Assembly (NCBI GenBank): GCA_963777955.1
Contig: CAVZSQ010000022.1
Span: 800,001-864,000, forward strand
Length of the DNA stretch: 64,000 nt
Direction: 5' to 3'
Source: Calditrichia bacterium
Lineage (GTDB): Bacteria > Calditrichota > Calditrichia > JAJRVZ01
Shown: positions 40,968-51,286 of the stretch, piece by piece
How positions within the stretch are numbered: the stretch's first letter is position 1
How the letters are laid out: every line of letters starts with the position of its first letter
Notes under the pieces: generated by a model
What the model was told of the DNA's origin: nothing
Database searches by the model: none
Seen by the model: only the letters and a program-made list of their open reading frames with translations
Program-made: the position numbers and the translations under genes

Positions 40968-41591
40968 GTGCCTGACCAGCGCAAGGATTATTTCGATTCT
41001 CATGCCCCGGGCTGGGATACCTTGGCAGTCCCGGAAAAACAGGAACGGCTCCGGCAGATCTTCAGCAGGTTTCTGCCCTCGATCGCCGCTCCGGCTCTGG
41101 ACCTGGGCTGCGGCACAGGAGTATTAATCCCGGTGCTGCTGAATCTCCTGCCCGCTCATTCAAAAATCATTGAACTTGATATTGCCTACCGGATGCTGTT
41201 ACAGGCCCGGGCAAAAAACAAAAACAATGGCCGGATCAATCATCTTAATGGGGATGTACATTTTCTGCCTCTTGCCGATAGTTGTATCCGCACCGCTATC
41301 TGTTTCGAATCGTTACCGCATTTCCGGGATTTGTCTTCTGCCCTGGAGGAAATGCGCCGTGTTTTACATCCAGGGGGAAATCTGATTATCCTGCATCTGA
41401 TGGGACGGGAAAGATTAAATGAATTTCATGATCAGGCCGGAAGCGTGATTTGCCGGGATTATTTACCCTCTTTAGCAGATCTGGCTGAGCGTCTGACCAG
41501 CCTTAGTTTTGAATTGATCCAGGCGGCTGAAAAAGACGATCTTTATCTGGCTGTAGCACGAAAAAGATTGACTGTTAATGACCTGCCTTGA
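40968..41591 (+). CDS. Class I SAM-dependent methyltransferase
   Basis: 'YFDSHAPGWD', 'LDLGCGTG', 'PHF', 'RVLHPGG.LIILH', 'LNEFH'. Confidence 0.88.
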   Translation: MPDQRKDYFDSHAPGWDTLAVPEKQERLRQIFSRFLPSIAAPALDLGCGTGVLIPVLLNLLPAHSKIIELDIAYRMLLQARAKNKNNGRINHLNGDVHFLPLADSCIRTAICFESLPHFRDLSSALEEMRRVLHPGGNLIILHLMGRERLNEFHDQAGSVICRDYLPSLADLAERLTSLSFELIQAAEKDDLYLAVARKRLTVNDLP

Positions 41592-41644
41592 CAATAAATG
41601 ACTTGCTGCCTATATTGATTTTAACATACAGTTCGGGAGAAGGC

Positions 41645-42082
41645 ATGACTGGTAAAAAAAAGATCCTGATGATCGATGATGATGTTAATCTGGTCAATGT
41701 GGTAATGATGGTCCTGCAAGCCAGGGGTTACGACTTCGAATCCGCTTATTCAGCTGCCGAAGGTCTGGAAAAAATCAAGCAGACCAATCCCGATCTGATT
41801 ATTCTGGATGTGATCATGGAAGATTTTGTTGCCGGTTTCCGGGTAGTTTCCGAATTGCGCACCGCCGAACCTGGCTCGGTCTACAGCGCCTATTCAAAAA
41901 TTCCTATTCTGATGCTGACCAGTGTCACGGCCAAAACCAGTATTAATTTCAGCGATAAAGTCGGTACGGCGTTATTACCGGTCGATGCTTTTATCGAGAA
42001 ACCGGTGAAACCGGGAAATTTGTTGCTGAAGATAGAAGAGTTGCTGGAACCAAAAAAGACGAATATGGGAACGGCCGGTTAA
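41645..42082 (+). CDS. Stand-alone response regulator receiver protein
   Basis: 'ILMIDDD', 'PDLIILDVIM', 'PILMLTS', 'FIEKP'; no output domain. Confidence 0.9.
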   Translation: MTGKKKILMIDDDVNLVNVVMMVLQARGYDFESAYSAAEGLEKIKQTNPDLIILDVIMEDFVAGFRVVSELRTAEPGSVYSAYSKIPILMLTSVTAKTSINFSDKVGTALLPVDAFIEKPVKPGNLLLKIEELLEPKKTNMGTAG

Positions 42083-44067
42083 CCACTGTTTTTCTCCTCG
42101 CCGCGGTGTACCAACCTTCTCCTCAATGTGAAAATAAATCTGGCATATTTGCTCTGCTGCGATTCAGCCCAGATATCTCCGCCATGCTGATTGATTATGT
42201 TCTTGGTCACGAACAAACCCAGACCGGTTCCGGATTTAGTATCATAATTCCGGGCATTAAACCGCGTAAATTTTGTAAACAATCCCTTTGCTTCTGCGGG
42301 ACTGAATCCAAGTCCTTCATTGCGGATGGAAAGACGGATGAAATTGGCATCCGGTTCTTTTTCCTGGGTGATCAGGATCTGGCTTCCCTTATTTCCGTAC
42401 TTGACGGCATTGGAGATCAGATTCTGGAAAACGGAGGTTAATAAATCCGGATCACAGGTAACTTCCAGATTGGGGGCGATATCGCAATATACCTTCATCC
42501 CGTTGTCGGCGATCATTTCGGACAGGCGTTGCAGCGCCGGATCGATGATCGTGCTGCGCAGGAACACCTTCCATTGTTTCAGTTTTAAAGCGCCGTCTTC
42601 GATCCGGCTTAAATTCAGGAAATTGGCAATAGTGGCATTCAGATAATCAGCGCTTTTAGCCGAAGATTTCAGAACAGCTTCCTGGGCGGGATTTAAAGGT
42701 CCCAACAGGTTTTCGCGTAATGATCCGATAGCGAAGACGATCGAGGCCAGCGGTGATTTCAATTCGTGTGTTACAAATCCCAGCATTTCCAGATAGGCCC
42801 GGTTCTTTTCATCGGCTTTTTTCAAAGCCGCTTCCACTTCCTGGAAGGCCTGCTGCAATTGATTACGGTCGGTCTCCAGGGATTCGGCCATCAGATTGAA
42901 CGACTTGGCCAATTCGCTGAGTTCCCTGGTGCCATCTACCTGTTGCACCCGCGTGTCTAATTCACCGGAAGAAACCTGGCGGGTGGCTTCAACTAGTTTC
43001 ATAATCGGACGGCGGATTTTTCCTGAAAAATAAGTAGCCAGTCCGACCGAAATCAATAAGGCGATCAATCCAAAGGACAGAAATTTTTTAGTCAGACTTG
43101 CTTTATAGTCGAGATATTTTTTTTCCAGCAGACCCACGAATAGAATCCCGATGGTGTTACCTTTGGGATCACGAATAGGATCATAGGCCGAGAGGTACCA
43201 ATCATTGACCACAAAGGCGCGGTCGCCAAAGCGCAGCCCTTCTTCCAGGACGGTTTTATATACTGCTTCAGATACCCGGGTACCGATGGCGCGGGTAGTA
43301 TCTGCCCTGATCACGTTGGTGGCGATGCGGGTATCCCACAGAAAAATTGTAACGGTGCCCAGTGGTTTCCCGTCATAGACAGCGATATCGAAAACAGCGT
43401 CACGGATACGATCGACCAGATCATAACGGCGATTAAGCAGTATACCGCCATAGACTACTCCGTTCACCGTTTCATGTACATTTAAAATCGGTACGGCCGA
43501 TTCCAAAGCCATACCGCGGTCTTCCACGCTGCGTTCCGTGGGCCGGGCCCGCCGGGTTTCCACCAGAGCAATATGTGCCTGTGCGGCCAGTTCCTTGCTT
43601 TTGCGCAAAAGATCTTCCCGGGATATCAGGGTAGTACCGCTGCTGACGCTGCCACGAAGCGCCTGCAGAATTACCGGATCCAGCCGGGCCCGTTGTCCGG
43701 TTGGACCCTGATGACTGGAGGTACCTAAAATCATGCTGTCCTTATCGACCAGAGTCAGGAAATCCAGTTTGTATTGTACCCGCAGTCTTTCCAGCAGGGA
43801 TGTCAGACTGTCGGCACTGATCTCATGGCGCAGGGCCGAGCGAAGAGCTTCATGCTGTGAAACCAGGCTGACTGTCATCTGCAGCATGGTTTTCTCTTCA
43901 TTATAGGCAACCCAGGCGGAATTCAGGTCCATCTGCACCCGCATCTGGGCTTCGGTGGCAACAGTATCGTTAATGAATGATAATCCGGCATAGGTGGCAA
44001 AAATACCCATCAATAAAACCACCAGGGCATAGCCAAGTACCTGTATTGTACGGATACTGAGTTTCAT
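42079..44067 (-). CDS. Membrane sensor histidine kinase (Cache-HAMP-HisKA-HATPase)
   Basis: Two TMs; cache 'TIFLWDTRIATNV...RAIGT', 'AYDPIRD'; HAMP; 'THELKSPL', 'NLISNAVKY', 'GTGLGL'. Confidence 0.93.
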   Translation of the reverse strand: MKLSIRTIQVLGYALVVLLMGIFATYAGLSFINDTVATEAQMRVQMDLNSAWVAYNEEKTMLQMTVSLVSQHEALRSALRHEISADSLTSLLERLRVQYKLDFLTLVDKDSMILGTSSHQGPTGQRARLDPVILQALRGSVSSGTTLISREDLLRKSKELAAQAHIALVETRRARPTERSVEDRGMALESAVPILNVHETVNGVVYGGILLNRRYDLVDRIRDAVFDIAVYDGKPLGTVTIFLWDTRIATNVIRADTTRAIGTRVSEAVYKTVLEEGLRFGDRAFVVNDWYLSAYDPIRDPKGNTIGILFVGLLEKKYLDYKASLTKKFLSFGLIALLISVGLATYFSGKIRRPIMKLVEATRQVSSGELDTRVQQVDGTRELSELAKSFNLMAESLETDRNQLQQAFQEVEAALKKADEKNRAYLEMLGFVTHELKSPLASIVFAIGSLRENLLGPLNPAQEAVLKSSAKSADYLNATIANFLNLSRIEDGALKLKQWKVFLRSTIIDPALQRLSEMIADNGMKVYCDIAPNLEVTCDPDLLTSVFQNLISNAVKYGNKGSQILITQEKEPDANFIRLSIRNEGLGFSPAEAKGLFTKFTRFNARNYDTKSGTGLGLFVTKNIINQHGGDIWAESQQSKYARFIFTLRRRLVHRGEEKNSG

Positions 44068-44090
44068 GAACGGATTGATTCTCTATCTAA

Positions 44091-45704
44091 TTATTTTCTT
44101 TGTACCAGGCAATTCCAGATAGTTTCTTCCAGTTGTTCACGGGCTGTTTTTTCATGCTCGCTGTATTCGGCCGGCGGTGAAACAGGCTGCGACGATCCAC
44201 CCTGCAGGAATAATTGATATTGTTGTTCCACTTCATCAATGGCAAATTCAATCGGTAAACTGATAAAATTATAAAATTCTGTGCGGAAAGGTTTTAATTC
44301 TTCCACAGTATGCAGATAATTCATAATAGCCGTATTCAGCAGTTTGAGTAAATAAACTATCTCTTCGAAACTGTAACCCACCTGAAAGCGGTTGTAACCG
44401 GACATCTCAAAATAATTTTGTAACAATAGTTTGTTGGTGGTATGGATAGAGGTCAGGATCAGGCGAAAGACCAGTTTCAAAAACCAGGACAGATCAACCT
44501 GGTCAACCAGACGCAGATGGGGATAACGGTTGATTTCCTCGTCCTGGCTGATCGACTTGAATACCTGATCAATGATGTTATCTCCGGCATCCGAAAGTGC
44601 CGTATAGATATTGAAATCCGGCCGGGAAGCGGCGCGGCGCAGGGCAGCCATATTGCGCATCTGCCAGGCAAATGGTTCGCTCTTGAGCCGCTCGACCATA
44701 TAAGGGATGCGGCGTTCGATCAGGTAACGCTGGTTCGGGGTCCAGCCGATCAGATTACAACTTTTTTTATTTTCTATATTCAGTCTTTCATCGATATAGC
44801 GCCACATCCAGGGGCGTTCAAACGGAGGACTATTGATTATTTTGCCGAGAAAATTCATACTATACAGACCCAATCCGCAGATGGCTTTGGGCATGCGGAT
44901 GGATTGACGGCTTTTGCCATAGTAATAACGGCTGGCCAGTGTATATAGATCCAGATGCGAAGTGCAACCCCTGGTGCAGGCCAGTAGTGTTTCAGCCGGA
45001 CCCAGGCGGTGCCGGTTCAATAATAGTTGACGGAAAAAAGCTACAATATCGCGAATATGAATATAAGGAATTGCCGAATGCCCTTTGCCGGCCAGTATCC
45101 GCGCCCGCCAGGAATTGCTGAGCCAGGTATTCAGAAACATATATAGCGGCGGGTATTCGCACCAATCACTGTAAATCGCACCAAAACGCACGATACAGGA
45201 AGGTAACTGTGCGCGCAGTTCTTTGATCATTTCTTCGCACAGACGCTTGCTCCAGGCGTAGATATGTTTACCATCGGGAGATGATTGTTCATTAATAAAC
45301 TCGTTTTCGGCCGGAAAAGAACAGGCGGCTACCGAACTGGAAAAGATGAATAGTTTCAGATTCATGGTCGTGGCCAGTTGCAGGATGTTCCTGGTACCTT
45401 CAACATTGGTGGTCCGGTACTCGGGCAAGTGGTCTCCGGAGAATTCGTAAAAAGCGGCCAGGTGAAAGAGATAATCCACACCGCCAGCGGTCATGGCCTC
45501 GCGAAAGGCCCTGGCGATATTGTTTTTATCGGTAATATCGGCCCGGATCCAGGCAATATTGGGATGAACCGGAGCATTGCACTCACGCTGTGAGCGCCGG
45601 GCAATCGCAAAAATTCTGTACTCATTTTTAAATTCGTCCAATAAATGGCGTCCCACAAACCCGGATGCGCCGGTAATCAGCATGGTCGGGATCCTGCCGT
45701 TCAT
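44091..45704 (-). CDS. Extended SDR (NAD-dependent epimerase/dehydratase) fused to a C-terminal helical RsbRD_N/globin-like domain
   Basis: 'ITGASGFVG', 'HLAA', 'NVEGT', 'FSSS', 'YAWSK'; ~190-aa helical tail with 'NRFQVGYSFEEI'. Confidence 0.8.
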   Translation of the reverse strand: MNGRIPTMLITGASGFVGRHLLDEFKNEYRIFAIARRSQRECNAPVHPNIAWIRADITDKNNIARAFREAMTAGGVDYLFHLAAFYEFSGDHLPEYRTTNVEGTRNILQLATTMNLKLFIFSSSVAACSFPAENEFINEQSSPDGKHIYAWSKRLCEEMIKELRAQLPSCIVRFGAIYSDWCEYPPLYMFLNTWLSNSWRARILAGKGHSAIPYIHIRDIVAFFRQLLLNRHRLGPAETLLACTRGCTSHLDLYTLASRYYYGKSRQSIRMPKAICGLGLYSMNFLGKIINSPPFERPWMWRYIDERLNIENKKSCNLIGWTPNQRYLIERRIPYMVERLKSEPFAWQMRNMAALRRAASRPDFNIYTALSDAGDNIIDQVFKSISQDEEINRYPHLRLVDQVDLSWFLKLVFRLILTSIHTTNKLLLQNYFEMSGYNRFQVGYSFEEIVYLLKLLNTAIMNYLHTVEELKPFRTEFYNFISLPIEFAIDEVEQQYQLFLQGGSSQPVSPPAEYSEHEKTAREQLEETIWNCLVQRK

Positions 45705-46105
45705 GATACTTCCTTTGCCGGCTGATTTTGTTTTTTAAGATTGATAAACAATATCAGGATGATGGAACCCATCAGAAAATCCCCCAGAGCCGATAGTAAT
45801 ACTATCCAGATCGGTTCGATCAACAGGTAATAAAGCAATAAAAAAAACGTGGCAATGCCCTTGGCACATATGGTTATGATGACCAGAGATTGTTCCCGTA
45901 ACGGATTGCGGGCTGCCCACAGATAGGTAATGGCCATCACCAGGTGAAAAACACCCCCCTGTACCTGGAAGAATGACCGGCGGTAACCGATATAACCGAA
46001 GAACGCCAACCATGATTCCGGCAGAATGATCAGAAATATACCGACCAGACAGGAATGAATGGCTACCAGCCAAAGAAAAATTTTCAGAAATTTTTGTACA
46101 GGCAT
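45701..46105 (-). CDS. Four-TM membrane protein
   Basis: Four hydrophobic helices; 'FFQVQGGVFH'; stop overlaps the SDR start (ATGA). Confidence 0.8.
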   Translation of the reverse strand: MPVQKFLKIFLWLVAIHSCLVGIFLIILPESWLAFFGYIGYRRSFFQVQGGVFHLVMAITYLWAARNPLREQSLVIITICAKGIATFFLLLYYLLIEPIWIVLLSALGDFLMGSIILILFINLKKQNQPAKEVS

Positions 46106-46303
46106 GTGGTCGTCAGATCTGCTAATGTTTGCTTACTTTATTTTAGTGAAAAAATTCATGAAATCCAACTAGATCATTTTTTATAGCGGTTGATCAGCTC
46201 CTGATATGTTATCGTAAAACTAAGATCTAACTGGAATATTTTATCGACCAAAAGGCTTTTATATAATCCATGATCAAAATTAATAATTTTAAGTGTTTAG
46301 TGA

Positions 46304-46330
46304 TGAAACATAAGTCTATAGCGCTGCGTA
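46304..46330 (+). promoter_or_regulatory. Putative ECF (SigW-like) promoter of the RND operon
   Basis: TGAAAC-N17-CGTA, close to the B. subtilis SigW consensus TGAAAC-N16-CGTA. Confidence 0.45.
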
Positions 46331-46386
46331 ATTAATTACTATTACGGGAGGCGTTAGATTGTATTTAAAAGAAACAAGGAGAATAC

Positions 46387-47577
46387 ATGAGTAAACTGAG
46401 ATTAATTCTCATGCTGCATCTGATAATCGTTCTTTCAATAATTCAGATGTCCTGTGGCAGCGGTAATGCCAAAACAGAAAAAAGTCAGAAAGCAGATTCA
46501 ACGCAGACTGCCGGGAAAACAGATTCTGCCGGTGTGCAGGGGCAGAAAGAGGGGCAGTCTGACCAGACCGAAAAACAGAAAGAAGAACTGGTCCCGGTGG
46601 AGATTACCACCATCGTCAGAGGAACAATCTCTAATTTTATCTTATTGAGTGCGAATCTGGAAACAGAAAAAATGGCCGATATTTATCCCCGTATCCAGGG
46701 GCTTGTAGAAAGAATTCTGGTCGAAGAAGGGGATTATGTGAAAAAGGGCCAGAAATTGCTGGAACTGGAAGCAGATGAATATAAACTGGCTGAAGAACGT
46801 GCCCGCTTGAACTACCTGCGGCAAAAATCCGAATTCGACAGATTGGAATCGATGTACAAGGAAGACCTGCTGAGTATCGAAGAATTCGACCGGGCTAAAT
46901 ATACCACCCAGGGTCTGGAAATTGAATGGAAGCAGGCCCAATTGAATTTAAGTTATACCCGGATCACTTCTCCGATCAGCGGAATCATCGGAGACCGTTT
47001 GAAGAAACCGGGCGAACGGATTCAACCAACCGATAAAGTTTTCAGTGTCATCAACACCGACGAGATGATCGCGGTCGTGTACGCTCCTGAGAAAGAATTA
47101 GGCAATGTTAAGAAAAACCAAATCTGTTATGTGACCTCGGATAATGTCCCCGGCGATCGTTTTTCCGGTTCGATAAAAAGGGTCAGCCCGATGATTGATT
47201 CCCAGAGCGGGACATTCAAAGTGACCATCGGTGTAAAAAATGAAAGTAATAAGTTGCGGGTGGGAATGTTCGTTAATACACACATTATTACCGATACCCA
47301 CGCCAATGCCATTTTAATACCCAAGACGGCAATCGTATACGAAAATGAACAGATGAATGTATATGTAGTCAAAGACAGCCTGGCCAATAAAATTATATTA
47401 AAGGCAGGCTTTCAGGATCATGAGAAAGTAGAATCTCTTGAGGGTATTCAGGAGGGTGATAAAGTGATTGTAGTAGGACAGGCCGGTTTGAAAGATAAAA
47501 CCAGGGTAAAAATTGTATCGGAAAGAGAAAACCTGATAGCCTTCCGCAATAACGAAGAGCAGTTGTTTAAAAATTAG
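46387..47577 (+). CDS. RND efflux periplasmic adaptor (MFP), lipoprotein
   Basis: 'QMSC' lipobox; 'VEEGDYVKKGQ.L', 'ITSPISG', 'LRVGMF', 'GDKVIVVG'. Confidence 0.93.
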   Translation: MSKLRLILMLHLIIVLSIIQMSCGSGNAKTEKSQKADSTQTAGKTDSAGVQGQKEGQSDQTEKQKEELVPVEITTIVRGTISNFILLSANLETEKMADIYPRIQGLVERILVEEGDYVKKGQKLLELEADEYKLAEERARLNYLRQKSEFDRLESMYKEDLLSIEEFDRAKYTTQGLEIEWKQAQLNLSYTRITSPISGIIGDRLKKPGERIQPTDKVFSVINTDEMIAVVYAPEKELGNVKKNQICYVTSDNVPGDRFSGSIKRVSPMIDSQSGTFKVTIGVKNESNKLRVGMFVNTHIITDTHANAILIPKTAIVYENEQMNVYVVKDSLANKIILKAGFQDHEKVESLEGIQEGDKVIVVGQAGLKDKTRVKIVSERENLIAFRNNEEQLFKN

Positions 47578-47601
47578 TTATTACTTATGACAATATTATA
47601 A

Positions 47602-50600
47602 ATGAACAGGGATAGAATGAATGATTTAGAAAATAAATCCAGCCAGCGTTCCAGCGAATTTTTCAAATTTACCACAACCCGCCCGGTCGCCATACTAATG
47701 GTTGTTCTGGGCATATCGGTATTCGGGTATATCTCCTATGAACAATTACCGCTTAATCTGATGCCGGACATTTCCTATCCTTCGCTGACGGTGCGAACGG
47801 AATACCTTGGTACAGCTCCGGAAGAAGTCGAAACCTCTGTATCCCGTCCGATCGAACAGGTCCTGGGTGTGGTGGATAACCTGGTCAGCATCAATTCCAT
47901 ATCAAAAGCAGGCCAGTCGGATGTTATCCTGGAATTCAGCTGGGATACCGATATGAATCAGGCCACTGCCGATTTGCGTGAAAAACTCGATCAGGTTTAT
48001 TTGCCGGATGAAGTGAAACGGCCTTTAATTTTACGTTATGATCCTTCCCTGGATCCTTTCATGCGTCTGGGTCTGTTCGGTGAGCGTTCCCTGTTTTATA
48101 TGCGTTATCTGGCCGAAGAGGATATCAAGCGAAAACTGGAAACAATCGAAGGAGTGGCGGCCGTCAAGGTTAGAGGAGGATTGGAAGAAGAGATCCGGGT
48201 TGAACTAAACGAACAACAACTAACTTTGATTGGTATCAATATTCAGCAAATCAGGGAACGTCTGGCCCAGGAAAATATTAATCTGGCCGGCGGCAACCTG
48301 AAAGAGGCACAGACAGAATACCTGGTGCGCACACTGAATGAATTCAAGACGGTAGATGAAATTGAGGAGGTAGTAGTAGGGAACTGGAACGGACGCGAAA
48401 TCAAGGTGAAGGATATCGCTAAAGTTGAACGCACCAATAAGGACCGCGAAATCATCACCCGTATTAATGGAAAAGAAAGTGTCGAAATTGAAATTTTTAA
48501 AGAAGCGGATGCTAACATTGTCAGCGTGGCTAAAGCGGTCAGCGCTGTGGTGTTTGGTACCGCCGGACAGCAGGCCTACGTAAAAAATCTGGAAGAGAAA
48601 AAGAAAAAAGAATCTGAGCAAAATAAAACAGCAGCGGCAACTGCAACCGGGCCGGATCAATTGCAGGATCTGGTGATGACCAACTTTATCGCTTACCAGC
48701 TTCCGCAGGGCGTTAAGATCGATAAATTGTCCGACCAGTCAATTTTTATCGAGAATTCGGTGAATGAGGTAAAATCAACCGCAATCAGCGGCGGGCTGCT
48801 GGCGGTACTGGTGTTGTTTTTATTTCTGCGCAATATACCGGCAACCATAATCATCGGTCTTTCCATTCCGATCTCGGTAGTCGCCACCTTTGCTCCGATG
48901 AAACTGTTTGATGTTTCGCTTAATATCATGTCCCTGGGAGGCCTGGCTCTGGGTATCGGGATGCTGGTGGATAATTCCATTGTCGTACTGGAGAGTATCT
49001 CGCGCTGCCGGGAAGAGGGGGACAATTTAATCCAGGCTACCATCCGCGGGGTTGGCGAGGTGGGGGGAGCAGTGTTTGCTTCGACCATGACCACGGTGGC
49101 AGTATTCTTCCCCATTGTGTTTGTGCAGGGGGTAGCCGGGCAGGTATTTGGCGACATGGCTTTGACCATAGTTTTTTCATTACTGGCCTCGCTGGCAGTG
49201 GCCATGTTTTTGGTGCCCATGCTCAATTCGCGGGATATTTCGAAATTTACCGGAGGCGTACAGCTCAGTAATCTGATGGCGAACAATATTTTTGATTTTA
49301 GTGAACAGGAGAATGCAGCTGCGCTGCTCAATGCAGGCAGCAATTATCACGGTCTGGCTGAAAAAATATTAAACGGTTTTAAAATAATTGTAGCGACATT
49401 TGGATCGCTGGCACGTAAAATATTCTTTACGTCCTGGCCTTCATTCTGGCCTGAATTTTTCCGATTTAAATCGATAAGGGTATTTATTAATGATTTGAAA
49501 AGTTCCATATCAAAGGTGGGTCAGGCCGAAGGGAGTAAAAAGATTCTGCACGGCATACTTCTACCGGTACGATGGCTGTTCAATCTGATTAAATTCATTT
49601 TCTCCTTACTGCTGGAAATTATCTTTCGCCTGCTGCACGTTCTGCTGGTTTATTTCCTGTTATTCATCAAGGTTGTCGTTATTATTTTTAAAGTGCTATT
49701 TGACGCCCCGTTAAAACTTATTTTTAACGGTTTTAATTATACATATAAAGCAATGGAAGACGGGCAGGAAAAATTGTTGCGCTGGTCGCTGCATAACCGG
49801 GCTAAACTGATCGGCGGCATGTCCCTGCTCTTCGTTTTGACTTTTTTCGTCGTAGGCCCCCGGCTGGGCAGCGAATTGATTCCCGAAGTGCACCAGGGTG
49901 AGTTCAATGTGGATTTGTCCCTGCCGGTGGGAACTCCGGCCGAAAGAACGGATGAACGTATCACACCGGTGCAGGAATTTATTTCCAGTCAGGATGGAGT
50001 GGCCAAAGTGGCTACGGTAGTAGGTATAGACAAAACCGAATCGACCAACACAGATGAAGGGGAACACACAGCAAAATTGACGATCACGCTGCAGCGGGCC
50101 AGCAGTGTACTGGTAACCGAAGAGAAACTGATCGGGAAAATACGCTCCCGTATGTCCGATTATTCCGGTATCCAGGCAAAAATTTCCCGTCCGACAATTT
50201 TCAGTTTTAAGACACCGATCGAAATCGAAATTCATGGCTATAATCTGCAGAAGTTACAATCGGTAGCAACCGAAATCGAAACACGCCTGAAAGAAATACC
50301 GGGTCTGTTCGATGTCAAGGCCAATATTCAGCGGGGCAATCCCGAAGTGCAGATCATCTATAACCGGCCGTTGATCGCCCGCTATGGCTTGAATATTCTG
50401 GAAATCGCCCAGATCGTACGCAATAAAGTACGCGGGGATGTGGCTACCGAGTTCAAGGAAGAGGATCGCCGGATCGATGTACTGGTGCGGATCCGTGAAG
50501 AAGATAAAGAGACCATTGCGGACTTGCGCCGGATGGTTATAAATCCTGGTGCGGCTATTCCTCTGCCATTGGAAGCCGTGGCCGATATTCGTATCAATGA

Positions 50601-51270
50601 AGGGCCCTCGGAGATCAGGCGTATAGAGCAACAGCGGGCAGCGGTGATATCCGCAAATATTACCGGCAGGGATTTAAGAAGTGTCGGTGAAGATATTTAC
50701 CAGGTGTTGCGCACGATCCGGATGCCGGAAGACTTCACTTATGACCTGGCCGGTCAGAATAAAGAAATGGAAACCTCGCTCAACAGTTTAATGATGGCGC
50801 TTGGTCTGGCAATTTTCCTGGTCTATATTGTCATGGCCGCACAATTTGAATCTCTGCTGCATCCCTTTATTATTATGTTCACCATTCCTCTGGCTTTTAT
50901 CGGAGTGGTGCTGGTATTGTATTTATTTAATATCCCGCTGAGTATCGTCGTCTTTCTGGGTGGCATCATTCTGGCCGGTATTGTGGTCAATAATGCCATC
51001 GTGCTGGTTGATTATATCAATCAATTGCGCCAGCGGGGGATGCAGAAAATAGACGCCATTCTGCTGGCCGGGCGTGTACGTCTGCGTCCTATATTGATGA
51101 CAACCCTGACCACGGTATTGGGTTTATTACCGATGGCCCTGGGACTTGGCGACGGCGCCGAGATCAGAACTCCGATGGCTATTACGGTGATTGTAGGTCT
51201 GACCACCGCCACTTTACTAACCCTGGTGGTAATACCCACAGTTTATGCAGTTCTGGACAGAAAAGAATAA
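47602..51270 (+). CDS. RND efflux permease subunit 1 (AcrB/AcrD/AcrF family)
   Basis: 'RPVAILM', 'GMLVDNSIVVLE', 'TTVAVFFP', 'AQFES', 'GIVVNNAI', 'RLRPILMTT'. Confidence 0.95.
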   Translation: MNRDRMNDLENKSSQRSSEFFKFTTTRPVAILMVVLGISVFGYISYEQLPLNLMPDISYPSLTVRTEYLGTAPEEVETSVSRPIEQVLGVVDNLVSINSISKAGQSDVILEFSWDTDMNQATADLREKLDQVYLPDEVKRPLILRYDPSLDPFMRLGLFGERSLFYMRYLAEEDIKRKLETIEGVAAVKVRGGLEEEIRVELNEQQLTLIGINIQQIRERLAQENINLAGGNLKEAQTEYLVRTLNEFKTVDEIEEVVVGNWNGREIKVKDIAKVERTNKDREIITRINGKESVEIEIFKEADANIVSVAKAVSAVVFGTAGQQAYVKNLEEKKKKESEQNKTAAATATGPDQLQDLVMTNFIAYQLPQGVKIDKLSDQSIFIENSVNEVKSTAISGGLLAVLVLFLFLRNIPATIIIGLSIPISVVATFAPMKLFDVSLNIMSLGGLALGIGMLVDNSIVVLESISRCREEGDNLIQATIRGVGEVGGAVFASTMTTVAVFFPIVFVQGVAGQVFGDMALTIVFSLLASLAVAMFLVPMLNSRDISKFTGGVQLSNLMANNIFDFSEQENAAALLNAGSNYHGLAEKILNGFKIIVATFGSLARKIFFTSWPSFWPEFFRFKSIRVFINDLKSSISKVGQAEGSKKILHGILLPVRWLFNLIKFIFSLLLEIIFRLLHVLLVYFLLFIKVVVIIFKVLFDAPLKLIFNGFNYTYKAMEDGQEKLLRWSLHNRAKLIGGMSLLFVLTFFVVGPRLGSELIPEVHQGEFNVDLSLPVGTPAERTDERITPVQEFISSQDGVAKVATVVGIDKTESTNTDEGEHTAKLTITLQRASSVLVTEEKLIGKIRSRMSDYSGIQAKISRPTIFSFKTPIEIEIHGYNLQKLQSVATEIETRLKEIPGLFDVKANIQRGNPEVQIIYNRPLIARYGLNILEIAQIVRNKVRGDVATEFKEEDRRIDVLVRIREEDKETIADLRRMVINPGAAIPLPLEAVADIRINEGPSEIRRIEQQRAAVISANITGRDLRSVGEDIYQVLRTIRMPEDFTYDLAGQNKEMETSLNSLMMALGLAIFLVYIVMAAQFESLLHPFIIMFTIPLAFIGVVLVLYLFNIPLSIVVFLGGIILAGIVVNNAIVLVDYINQLRQRGMQKIDAILLAGRVRLRPILMTTLTTVLGLLPMALGLGDGAEIRTPMAITVIVGLTTATLLTLVVIPTVYAVLDRKE

Positions 51271-51286
51271 ATCAGAGTATCTCGAT

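Noticed and set aside
32404..41591. Metal-resistance region as a mobile genomic island
   Set aside because: No integrase, transposase, tRNA attachment site or flanking direct repeat is visible, and no obvious compositional shift by eye.
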